A DNA stretch of 42,830 bases from an uncultured Lachnospiraceae bacterium (GTDB lineage Bacteria > Bacillota > Clostridia > Lachnospirales > Lachnospiraceae). The position numbers and the translations under genes were made by a program. Where the stretch lies: the NCBI GenBank assembly GCA_944383605.1, contig CALWQE010000117.1, forward strand, positions 1-42,830, written 5' to 3'. Positions 28,473 to 36,319 of the stretch are shown here, one piece after another; position 1 is the stretch's first letter, and each line of letters begins with the position of its first letter. Below the pieces are notes generated by a model. The model did not search any database, had not been told where the DNA came from, and saw only the letters and a list, made by a program, of their open reading frames with translations.

Positions 28473-28561
28473 ATGACACAGACAGGGCAAAGGGGGAAAA
28501 AGTAACGCAAAAAAGTGGAAAAAACTGTTCGGAAACGTTATAATATTTACAGGAGGTTACA

Positions 28562-28756
28562 ATGGACAAAAATCATGAAGAAGGCGATTTCCTGTCTCTG
28601 GGCGCAGGCGCAGTGGCGGCGCTGGCGATTCTGGCGCTGCTGCTGAAGCTGACCGGAATCGAGGTGCAGGGCTGGGTTCGGTATGCTGTTATCCCGGTTT
28701 ATGTGGGGCTGCTGATACTTTGTTCCTGGGCGGCAGACCGGATCAGAAAAAAATAA
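28562..28756 (+). CDS. Small two-TM membrane protein (64 aa), hypothetical
   Basis: Strong RBS (CAGGAGGTTACA-ATG), two hydrophobic helices and a basic C-terminus RIRKK. Confidence 0.55.
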   Translation: MDKNHEEGDFLSLGAGAVAALAILALLLKLTGIEVQGWVRYAVIPVYVGLLILCSWAADRIRKK

Positions 28757-28771
28757 GGCGTAAAATTTGGA

Positions 28772-28827
28772 GGATTCGATCCAAATCGCCTGAATGACGC
28801 GGCATATGCGTCAAGAAGGAGGGAAAT
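28772..28827 (+). promoter_or_regulatory. Conserved two-hairpin leader upstream of the GH13 gene (copy 2)
   Basis: GGATtcgATCC-AAATCGCCTGAA-TGACGC(ggcatat)GCGTCA-AGAAGGAGGG-N5-ATG. Confidence 0.6.
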
Positions 28828-30135
28828 ATGTGGTATGAAGAAAGCGTATTTTATCAGATGAATTTATTTGGCTTCTGCCAGGCGCCGGAACGCAATGACG
28901 GCGTGGTGGTTCACAGGCTTGAGAAGCTGAGCGGGTGGATTCCTCATATGGTGAAGCTGGGCGTTAACGCGGTATATTTCTGCCCGTTCTTTCAGTCGGA
29001 TGCCCATGGATACGATACTAGGGACTTTCTGACGCTGGACTGCCGGCTGGGAACCAATGAGGATTTGGAGAAGGTGTGCGCCCAGCTCCATGAAGCGGGA
29101 ATCCGGGTGGTGTTTGACGGCGTATTCCACCATGTGGGAAGAGGGTTCTGGGCATTTCAGGATGTGCTGAAAAACAGAGAGCATTCTCCCTATAAGGACT
29201 GGTTTTTTATAGACTTTAACGGCGACAGCGGATACCGGGACGGCCTCTGGTACGATGGCTGGGAAGGACATTATGAGCTGGTGAAGCTGAATCTCTATCA
29301 CCCCCAGGTAAAGGAATACCTGTTCCGCTGCATCGGGGAGTGGATGGATCGCTATCAGATCGACGGCCTCCGGCTGGACGTGGCCTATATGGTGGCGCCG
29401 GAGTTCCTGAAGGAGCTGCATCGGTACTGTCTGGAGAAAAACCCGGAATTTTTCCTGCTGGGCGAGATGATTCACGGGGATTATAACCGGCTGGTGAATG
29501 ATGAGATGCTTCACAGCGCCACCAATTATGAGTGCTATAAGGGGCTGTATTCCAGCTTTAACAGTATGAACCTGTTTGAAATCGGCCATTCTTTGCAGCG
29601 CCAGTTTGGCAGCGAGCCATGGTGCCTGTACCGGGGAAAGCATCTGCTGTCCTTTGCCGATAACCATGACGTCACCCGCGTGGCCAGCGAACTGCATAAT
29701 CCGAAGCATCTGCCGCTGCTGTACGCTCTGCTTTTTGCCATGCCCGGCATTCCCTGCGTTTATTACGGGAGCGAATGGGGCGCAAAGGGGGAAAAGAGCC
29801 AGGGAGACAGCGCCCTGCGGCCTTCCTTTGAAGAGCCGGAGTGGAACAGCCTGACAGAGATGATCAGCATGTGCGCCCATGCCCACAGGAACAGCCCGGC
29901 TCTGTGCTATGGGGATTTCCGGATTGCCATGATGACCAACCGGCAGCTGATTATCGAGCGGAAATATGGAAACCAGCAGATCCTGGTGGCAGTCAATGCG
30001 GATGAAAATGATTATATGGCCCATTTTGACGCCCAGGCAGGCCGGGCCAGAGATCTGCTCAGCGGAGAAGTTCATGATTTCGGCGGCGGAAGCCTGCTGC
30101 CCGCTTACAGCGCTTTTTATTGGGAGGTGTTTTAA
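28828..30135 (+). CDS. GH13 alpha-amylase-family glycoside hydrolase (cytoplasmic, no signal peptide)
   Basis: GH13 conserved regions: I VVFDGVFHH, II GLRLDVAYM (nucleophile Asp), III LLGEMIHGD (acid/base Glu), IV FADNHDVTR. Confidence 0.88.
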   Translation: MWYEESVFYQMNLFGFCQAPERNDGVVVHRLEKLSGWIPHMVKLGVNAVYFCPFFQSDAHGYDTRDFLTLDCRLGTNEDLEKVCAQLHEAGIRVVFDGVFHHVGRGFWAFQDVLKNREHSPYKDWFFIDFNGDSGYRDGLWYDGWEGHYELVKLNLYHPQVKEYLFRCIGEWMDRYQIDGLRLDVAYMVAPEFLKELHRYCLEKNPEFFLLGEMIHGDYNRLVNDEMLHSATNYECYKGLYSSFNSMNLFEIGHSLQRQFGSEPWCLYRGKHLLSFADNHDVTRVASELHNPKHLPLLYALLFAMPGIPCVYYGSEWGAKGEKSQGDSALRPSFEEPEWNSLTEMISMCAHAHRNSPALCYGDFRIAMMTNRQLIIERKYGNQQILVAVNADENDYMAHFDAQAGRARDLLSGEVHDFGGGSLLPAYSAFYWEVF

Positions 30136-31160
30136 TGGAGAAGAAAGAAACTTTTATTATGGGCAAGAGAAGCAGCGAGCCCTTTCCCGTGGTGAAACTG
30201 GATTATCCCATATCGCCGAAGGAAAATCTGAAGCTGGTGCTGGATAAGAAAAAACCGGTCTGGGCGCCGAATATGCTGCAGGAGAAGGGGATGACCTTCT
30301 GCCCCCATGACAATGACCGGCCGGCCTTTGGCCAGTCAGGGCTGGACTGGTTCGGAGTCAGCTGGACATATGTGGATGTGGTAGGCGGCCAGATGGTGAC
30401 GCCGGATACGTTTATTCTGAAGGATCCGCTGGAATGGGAAGAGAAAATGATCTTTCCCGACCTGGACGCTATGGATTTTTCGGTGGGCGCGGAAGAGGCA
30501 GAGAAGATGATCGATCCGGATAAGCTGACCTTTTATCTGCTTCAGGACGGCCTGTTTGAGCGGCTGCTGTCTATCTGCAATCCTACGGATGTGCTTTGCT
30601 TCCTGATTGAAGAGCCGGAATCGGCGAAACGGTATTTTAACCGGATGGCGGATTATAAGATCGCCCTGATGGATAAAGTGATCCGGGAATGGGCGCCTTT
30701 TGACGCTTTTATCAACAGCGACGACTGGGGCACCCAGATCAGCACCTTTATCTCTCCGGAAATGTACCGGGAGTATCTGTTTGAGCCAATGAAGCGGATC
30801 ACAGACTTTGCCCATTCCAGGGGAAAATATATTGATTATCATTCCTGCGGCAAAGTAGAGACGTTAGTGCCTCAGATGGTGGAGCTGGGCGCGGATATGT
30901 GGGAGGCCCAGACGATGAATGATCTGGTGAAAATCAAGGGCGAGTACGGAAACCGGCTTCCTCTTCAGATTCCGATGGATCCGATGTATGTGGCCCGGCC
31001 CGGCGTTTCCGATGAGGAAATCCTCGCTTATGTGAGAAATTACCTGGACACTTATGGGCAGGGAGGCGGCCTGATGGTATCCTATGCCGCGCAGAACGCC
31101 CATGTAAATGAAATCATTGTGAAGGAAGTCTTCCGGTACAGCATGGAGATGTACCGGTAA
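30135..31160 (+). CDS. Uroporphyrinogen-decarboxylase (URO-D)/MtaA-like family protein
   Basis: URO-D-like length and C-terminal GGGLMVS motif, and it retains an HxCG motif (YHSCG). The ATG shares one base with the GH13 stop (TAATG) and GGAGG lies upstream. The ORF-track start at 30120 is rejected. Confidence 0.6.
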   Translation: MEKKETFIMGKRSSEPFPVVKLDYPISPKENLKLVLDKKKPVWAPNMLQEKGMTFCPHDNDRPAFGQSGLDWFGVSWTYVDVVGGQMVTPDTFILKDPLEWEEKMIFPDLDAMDFSVGAEEAEKMIDPDKLTFYLLQDGLFERLLSICNPTDVLCFLIEEPESAKRYFNRMADYKIALMDKVIREWAPFDAFINSDDWGTQISTFISPEMYREYLFEPMKRITDFAHSRGKYIDYHSCGKVETLVPQMVELGADMWEAQTMNDLVKIKGEYGNRLPLQIPMDPMYVARPGVSDEEILAYVRNYLDTYGQGGGLMVSYAAQNAHVNEIIVKEVFRYSMEMYR

Positions 31161-31183
31161 TCCGTTTTCTGCTTCTTCTGCCC

Positions 31184-31218
31184 GGCTTACGGGCAAGCCC
31201 CGGTTTTGCCCGTAAGCC
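31184..31218 (+). other. Perfect 12-bp hairpin downstream of the URO-D-like gene, no U-tract
   Basis: GGCTTACGGGCA-N11-TGCCCGTAAGCC, extendable by CTGCC/GGCAG. Followed by GCGGCAGATGAGG, with no T run. Confidence 0.5.
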
Positions 31219-31279
31219 GCGGCAGATGAGGCTGGAAAAAGGCAAAAAGAAAATAACAGCAAAAAATAGGTGACAGATC

Positions 31280-31897
31280 ATGAAGGTATTAATGATTAAC
31301 GGGAGTCCTTTTAAAGAGGGGAATGTTTATATTGCTCTCCATGAGATGGAGAAAATTTTTCAGGAAGAAGGCATAGAGACAGAACTGCTGCAGATCGGCG
31401 GTCAGCCGGTCCGCAGCTGCGTAGGCTGCATGGGCTGCAGGAAAAAAGGAAAATGCGTTTTTGACGATGGCGTCAATGAGGCGGCGGAAAAATTTGAAGC
31501 CTGCGACGGCCTGGTGGTGGGCAGTCCGGTATATTACGGCGGGGCGAACGCCACCTTGACCGCGTTTCTGACCAGGCTGTTTTACAGCACCTCCTTTGAC
31601 AAAACCATGAAGGTGGGAGCGGCTGTGGCGGCGGCCCGCCGGGGCGGCCTGACAGCCACTTTTGACGAGCTGAATAAGTTTTTTACCATTTCCGGTATGC
31701 CGGTGGCGTCCGGCCAGTACTGGAACGGCATCCATGGCGCCGCGCCGGGGGAGGCTGCCCAGGACGGGGAAGGGCTTCAGATGATGCGGACGCTGGCGAG
31801 AAATATGGCCTTCTTAATGAAGAGCATCGCTTTGGGGAAAGAAAAATATGGGCTGCCGGAGAAGGAGCCGGCGGTAAAAACCAATTTCATCAGATAA
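31280..31897 (+). CDS. Flavodoxin-like / NAD(P)H-dependent FMN reductase-family protein with Cys cluster (iron-sulfur flavoprotein-like)
   Basis: MKVLMINGSP start, Cys motif CVGCMGCRKKGKC, and GSPVYYG, typical of the NADPH-dependent FMN reductase / ISF family. Confidence 0.75.
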   Translation: MKVLMINGSPFKEGNVYIALHEMEKIFQEEGIETELLQIGGQPVRSCVGCMGCRKKGKCVFDDGVNEAAEKFEACDGLVVGSPVYYGGANATLTAFLTRLFYSTSFDKTMKVGAAVAAARRGGLTATFDELNKFFTISGMPVASGQYWNGIHGAAPGEAAQDGEGLQMMRTLARNMAFLMKSIALGKEKYGLPEKEPAVKTNFIR

Positions 31898-31993
31898 GAG
31901 AAGGGCGCAGGCGGCTCCTGAATTGGTAAAGCACCGGGAAAACAAAGCGGTTTACAGGGAAGAACCATAGGAAAGAGCATATTATGAGAAAAA

Positions 31994-32101
31994 CCTGCAT
32001 GCGCCCGGCAGCGGACGCACCACCAGAGATGAAAATCCGGCGGGCGCATTTGGCATCCCTGAATTAACGCCGCCTAATCGGCGGCGGATGTTCAGAGTAA
32101 A
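31994..32101 (+). repeat. 108-nt two-hairpin repeat, unit A1
   Basis: CCTGCATGCGCCCGGCAGC...CCGGCGGGCGCATTTGGCATCCCTGAAT...GCCGCCtaatcGGCGGC...TTCAGAGTAAA. Abuts A2 head-to-tail. Confidence 0.9.
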
Positions 32102-32210
32102 CCTGCATGCGCCCGGCAGCTGACGTACCACCAGAGATGAAAATCTGGCGGGCGCATTTGGCATCCCTAAATGGACGCCGCCTATTCAGCGGCAGATTTT
32201 CAGAGTAAAC
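32102..32210 (+). repeat. 108-nt two-hairpin repeat, unit A2
   Basis: Second tandem unit, exactly 108 nt after A1. Ends 24 nt before the MATE start codon. Confidence 0.9.
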
Positions 32211-32233
32211 ACAGAGGAAGAAAAGGTGATAAA

Positions 32234-33610
32234 ATGAAAAAAACTGCGAAGGCGAGCCGGGAGGAGATTTTCAGCAGTATGCCTGTGCCTGCGGCGCTGC
32301 GGACTATGGTGGTCCCTGCGGTGATCAGCCAGCTGATTGTGCTGATTTATAACATGGCAGATACATTTTATGTGGGGCAGACTGGCAATCCTTATATGGT
32401 GGCGGGGACGTCCCTGATTCTTCCGGTATTCAATATTACGCTCTGCCTGTCGGGACTGGCAGGAATCGGCGGCGGAGCCCTGATTTCCAGGCTGCTGGGA
32501 CAGGGGAAAAAAGACGAGGCCAGACGGGTAAGCGCCTTTTCCCTGTATCTGGCGGTTCTGATCGCGGCGCTGTTTTCCGTAGGGATGGCTGTTTTTATGC
32601 GGCCTGTGCTCAGCTTGCTGGGAGCAGGGGAGAACACCTACCAGTATGCCAGGCAGTATGCGTTCTGCGTGATTGTGTTCGGCGGAGTCCCGACAGTTCT
32701 GTCTAATGTTCTGTCCAATCTGATCCGGAGTGTGGGCCGGTCGGGAGAAGCGGGAACCGGTATTGTGCTGGGAGGCGTTCTGAATATTATCCTGGATCCG
32801 ATTTTTATGTTTCTGATTATGCCGGACGGGTATGAGGTGCTGGGCGCAGGCGTGGCCACCTGTCTGTCCAACTGTATCGCCTGCCTGTATTTTGTTGTGG
32901 TGCTGATCCGGATGGGCAGCCAGTCGGTGATTACTTTCAGCGTGAAAAACGGCATGGCCAGCAAAGCCAGCATCCTGGCGGTATTTGGCGTGGGAATCCC
33001 GTCAGCGATCTCCTCGCTCCTGTTTGACCTGGATTATGTCATTATCGATAAGCTGATGGTTTCCTACCATGACCTGGCGCTGGCGGCAATCGGCATTGTG
33101 CTGAAGGTGGAACGGTTCCCGCTGAATGTGGGGATCGGTATCTGTCAGGGTATGATGCCTCTGGTGGCCTACAATTATGCCGCCGGAAAAACAAAACGGA
33201 TGAAGGATACCATACGGCTGGCCCGGGGAGTGGGCATTGGGGTGGCGGTTGTCAGCATTATTTTGTATGAGCTGTTTGCCGTTCAGTTTACCCATCTGTT
33301 TATCGCGGACGCCCAGACGGTGGAGATGGCCTCCAGCTTCCTTCGGATTCGGGTACTGGCTACGCCGCTGATGTTTCTCAGCTTTTTTACTGTGTATTTG
33401 TTCCAGGCCTTTGGAAAGGGCCATGTTTCTCTGGGACTGGGCGTGACCAGGTGGCTGGTATTTAATATCCCCATGCTGTTTATTCTGAACAGAATCTTTG
33501 GGATGTACGGCATTGTATGGTCGCAGGTAACGGCGGATACGCTGACGGTTATCATGTCCTTTATCGTATATTTCCGGTTCGGGCCGGGGAGAGAAAAAAG
33601 TAAGGCATAA
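32234..33610 (+). CDS. MATE-family efflux transporter
   Basis: About 12 TM helices with MATE-like N-terminal motifs (PVPAALRTMVVPAVISQLIVLIYNMADTFYVGQ). I prefer the ATG at 32234 (GAGGAAGAAAAGG upstream), because the ORF-track start at 32171 lies inside repeat unit A2. Confidence 0.85.
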   Translation: MKKTAKASREEIFSSMPVPAALRTMVVPAVISQLIVLIYNMADTFYVGQTGNPYMVAGTSLILPVFNITLCLSGLAGIGGGALISRLLGQGKKDEARRVSAFSLYLAVLIAALFSVGMAVFMRPVLSLLGAGENTYQYARQYAFCVIVFGGVPTVLSNVLSNLIRSVGRSGEAGTGIVLGGVLNIILDPIFMFLIMPDGYEVLGAGVATCLSNCIACLYFVVVLIRMGSQSVITFSVKNGMASKASILAVFGVGIPSAISSLLFDLDYVIIDKLMVSYHDLALAAIGIVLKVERFPLNVGIGICQGMMPLVAYNYAAGKTKRMKDTIRLARGVGIGVAVVSIILYELFAVQFTHLFIADAQTVEMASSFLRIRVLATPLMFLSFFTVYLFQAFGKGHVSLGLGVTRWLVFNIPMLFILNRIFGMYGIVWSQVTADTLTVIMSFIVYFRFGPGREKSKA

Positions 33611-33616
33611 CGGCTG

Positions 33617-34486
33617 TCATTTCTTCTGACAGCTGAAGGCGCAGCCCGCAGGCGTGGCGGCGCATCCCCCGAGGGCTGTTTCGCGCAGCTCCGGGGGCAT
33701 TTTTTTGCCTACTGCATACATGGCCGCCAGCATTTCATCGAAGGGGATGAGCTGGCGTATGCCGCTCAGCGCCATCTCGGCGGCGGTAAGAGCGTTGGCC
33801 GCGCCGGAGGCGTTGCGGGCCTGGCAGGGACATTCCACCAGTCCGCCTACCGGGTCGCAGACCAGCCCCAGTGTATTCATCATAACGATAGAAGCGGCAC
33901 ACAGGCACTGCTGGGGGCTTCCGCCCATCAGTTCTGCGGCAGCGGAGGCTGCCATGGCGGAGGCAACGCCGGTTTCAGCCTGGCAGCCGCCCACGGCGCC
34001 TGCCACGGTAGCGTTGCGCATAGCCAGATAGCCGATGGCGCCCGCGTTAAACAGCGCATTTTCGACCGCGCTGTCAGAGAAACCGTATTCCTCTTTTAAT
34101 GCCAGCAGGACGCCGGGGATAATACCGGAGGAACCGGCGGTGGGAGCGGCCACGATCAGCCCCATGGAGGTATTGACCTCCAGGACGGCGCAGGCGTAGG
34201 TGATGGCCCGGGAGAGGACGCTGCCGCAGATGGATTTTCCGGCTTCCCGCCGCCGGTTCAGCAGATGGGCCTCTCCGCCGATCAGTCCGCCGATCGATTT
34301 CCGGGGCTGGCTGATGGGGGTAAGGGCGGATTCTTTCATAATATTCCAGGCTGTTTTCATTTTTGCGCTGATTTCTTCCGGCCTGGCTTCGCTCAGCTCC
34401 CACTCCCGCTTTTTCATAATTTCGGAAATGGGGCAGTGATATTGCTGGCAGAGCTCCAGAAGCTCCGCTCCGTTTTTAAAGTCCAT
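33617..34486 (-). CDS. sdaAA: L-serine dehydratase, iron-sulfur-dependent, alpha subunit
   Basis: Typical alpha-chain motifs (APTAGSSGIIPG; GAVGGCQAETGVA; CDPVGGLVECPC). Confidence 0.9.
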   Translation of the reverse strand: MDFKNGAELLELCQQYHCPISEIMKKREWELSEARPEEISAKMKTAWNIMKESALTPISQPRKSIGGLIGGEAHLLNRRREAGKSICGSVLSRAITYACAVLEVNTSMGLIVAAPTAGSSGIIPGVLLALKEEYGFSDSAVENALFNAGAIGYLAMRNATVAGAVGGCQAETGVASAMAASAAAELMGGSPQQCLCAASIVMMNTLGLVCDPVGGLVECPCQARNASGAANALTAAEMALSGIRQLIPFDEMLAAMYAVGKKMPPELRETALGGCAATPAGCAFSCQKK

Positions 34487-34562
34487 AATCTGTCACCTCT
34501 TTGATCCGGTTTTTTTGTGACGGCTGGCCTGTCTGGGGAAGGGATGCCGGCAGCAGGGGCCT

Positions 34563-35234
34563 TCAGGCAGGCTGCACCAGCATCACGTCATTTACAAAGG
34601 CGTTTTCCCGTATGCGGCCGGCGATGTTTTCCGGCAGCCTGCCATCAGATTCAACGATACAGTATGCGGTCTGTCCCCGGGCCTCCCGGAAAAGCTTCAT
34701 GAAAGCGATATTGATATTTTGGTCGCTGAGGCATCGGGTGATATGGGCGACTACGCCGGGCCTGTCGTGATGAATGACGATCAGGGTGCTGTATTCGCCG
34801 GAAAAGTCCACGTCGACCTGGTTGATCCTGGTGATCCGCACCTTTCCGCCGCCCAGCGATTCTCCGCGGACGGTCAGGGTTTTCCCCTCCCGTGTGACCA
34901 TATGGATGTCTACTGTGTTGGGATAGATTTCTTCCTCCTCCTGGTTGACCGTAAACTGGAAAGCGAGGCCCTGTTCCCGGGCGATCCGGAAAGAATCAGG
35001 GATGCGGCGGTCATCTGTGGCAAATCCCATAATGCCGCCCAGAAGGGCCAGGTCTGTTCCATGGCCTTTATAGGTGCGGGCGAAGGAACCGTATAGTGTA
35101 AAGGCAACGGACGCCAGCGGGCCGGGAGCCATTTTCTGCGCCAGGAGGGCGATGGAACAGGCGCCGGCGGTATGAGAGCTGGAAGGCCCGATCATGTTGG
35201 GGCCGAGTACGTCAAATACGCTGATAAATGCCAT
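34563..35234 (-). CDS. sdaAB: L-serine dehydratase, iron-sulfur-dependent, beta subunit
   Basis: N-terminus MAFISVFDVLGPNMIGPSSSHTAG plus a C-terminal ACT-like domain. The ATG at 35234 follows AAAGGAG. The ORF-track start at 35258 is rejected. Confidence 0.9.
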   Translation of the reverse strand: MAFISVFDVLGPNMIGPSSSHTAGACSIALLAQKMAPGPLASVAFTLYGSFARTYKGHGTDLALLGGIMGFATDDRRIPDSFRIAREQGLAFQFTVNQEEEEIYPNTVDIHMVTREGKTLTVRGESLGGGKVRITRINQVDVDFSGEYSTLIVIHHDRPGVVAHITRCLSDQNINIAFMKLFREARGQTAYCIVESDGRLPENIAGRIRENAFVNDVMLVQPA

Positions 35235-35283
35235 ATGGCAGCTCCTTTCTTGCGGCAAAGTATGATAACATTTATTATAGCAT

Positions 35284-35292
35284 AACTGCCGG
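35284..35292 (-). promoter_or_regulatory. Putative extended -10 of the sdaAB-sdaAA operon
   Basis: The minus strand reads TGcTATAAT about 45 nt upstream of the sdaAB ATG. No good -35 box. Confidence 0.4.
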
Positions 35293-35335
35293 AGGGGCGA
35301 CAGGCCTTTGGGGCTATTTTCTTCATCCGGGGCGG

Positions 35336-35365
35336 TTGACGGGCAGTTTTGCCATGGGCTATAAT
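35336..35365 (+). promoter_or_regulatory. Putative promoter of the SAM methyltransferase gene
   Basis: TTGACG-18 nt-TATAAT, 40 nt upstream of the ATG at 35405. Confidence 0.5.
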
Positions 35366-35404
35366 AAACCTGGAAAATGTGATTTAAAGGATTGGTAGGA
35401 TTTT

Positions 35405-36268
35405 ATGTGGATTGCAGACGGATGGAAAGACTATGAAGTGATTGATACCTCCCATGGGGAGAAGCTGGAGCGGTGGGGAGATTATCTGCTGGTTCGGCCG
35501 GATCCCCAGGTGATCTGGGATACGCTCAGAGTACATAGAGGATGGAAGAAGCGGAACGCCCATTATCACCGCAGCTCCAGGGGAGGGGGCGAATGGGAAT
35601 TTTTTGACCTGCCCCAGCAGTGGGCCATTCATTACCGGGAGCTGACCTTTCAGCTGAAGCCCTTCAGTTTCAAGCATACAGGCCTTTTCCCGGAACAGGC
35701 GGCCAACTGGGACTGGTTTGGCGGCCTGATCGCCGGGGCGGGACGGCCGGTAAAGGTGCTGAACCTGTTTGCCTACACCGGCGGCGCTACGCTGGCGGCG
35801 GCAAAGGCAGGCGCAGCAGTAACCCATGTGGACGCTTCGAAGGGCATGGTGACCTGGGCCAGGGAAAACGCCCGCTCCTCCGGGCTGGAGGATGCGCCTG
35901 TCCGCTGGATCGTGGATGACTGCGTGAAGTTTGTGGAGCGGGAGATCCGCCGGGGCAATCATTATGACGGGATTATTATGGACCCGCCCTCCTATGGACG
36001 GGGGCCGAAGGGTGAGATCTGGAAGATTGAGGACTCTGTTTATCATCTGGTACAGCTGTGCGCTTCTCTTCTGTCTGAGGAGCCGCTGTTTTTCCTGATT
36101 AATTCCTATACGACAGGGCTGGCACCGTCGGTTCTGTCTTATATGATGTCTCTGGAAATTCAGAAGAAATATGGAGGGACGGTTCGGGCGGAAGAGCTGG
36201 GGCTTCCTGTGACCCAGACCGGATTGGTTTTGCCCTGCGGCTCCAGCGGGCGCTGGGAGCGAAGCTGA
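35405..36268 (+). CDS. Class I SAM-dependent methyltransferase (RlmI/RlmK-like, PF10672-type)
   Basis: SAM motif I VLNLFAYTGGATLAAA and the catalytic-loop motif IIMDPPSYGRG. Confidence 0.8.
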   Translation: MWIADGWKDYEVIDTSHGEKLERWGDYLLVRPDPQVIWDTLRVHRGWKKRNAHYHRSSRGGGEWEFFDLPQQWAIHYRELTFQLKPFSFKHTGLFPEQAANWDWFGGLIAGAGRPVKVLNLFAYTGGATLAAAKAGAAVTHVDASKGMVTWARENARSSGLEDAPVRWIVDDCVKFVEREIRRGNHYDGIIMDPPSYGRGPKGEIWKIEDSVYHLVQLCASLLSEEPLFFLINSYTTGLAPSVLSYMMSLEIQKKYGGTVRAEELGLPVTQTGLVLPCGSSGRWERS

Positions 36269-36319
36269 GGAATCAGAGAACGGGAATGGCCTGTATTGTG
36301 AAAGGTTTGAGAAAAGGAA

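Noticed and set aside
31982-32164. Minus-strand ORFs with internally repeated peptides (MPNAPA.FSSLV.R.LPGACR), at 31982-32164 and 42372-42638.
   Set aside because: They are read-through translations of the tandem 108-nt repeat units. There is no RBS, the reading frame is not preserved in unit B, and start and stop positions vary between copies.
31994-32210. The tandem 108-nt units as a CRISPR array.
   Set aside because: The units abut head-to-tail with no unique spacers, at 108 nt they are far longer than CRISPR repeats, and there are no cas genes in the window.
31994-32210. A small peptide encoded on the + strand of the repeat (MKIWRAHLASLN...).
   Set aside because: There is no Shine-Dalgarno sequence. 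The start codon is ATG in three copies but CTG in unit B and GTG in C2, and the stop falls after 12 codons in A1 but about 23 in the others.
32171-32233. ORF-track N-terminal extensions: MATE at 32171, nfnB at 5290, MBL at 22192, paralogue 2 at 39650, sdaAB at 35258, the small protein at 7584, the ABC ATPase at 24545, URO-D-like at 30120, and paralogue 1 at 37912.
   Set aside because: In each case an internal ATG is preceded by a GGAGG-type RBS at proper spacing. The extension lacks one, overlaps the upstream gene, or lies inside a repeat.
33613-33633. The hairpin GCTGTCA-N7-TGACAGC between the convergent MATE and sdaAA genes as a bidirectional terminator.
   Set aside because: The stem is only 7 bp and overlaps the sdaAA stop codon. 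No U-tract follows it directly on either strand, so it is not strong enough to report as a feature.
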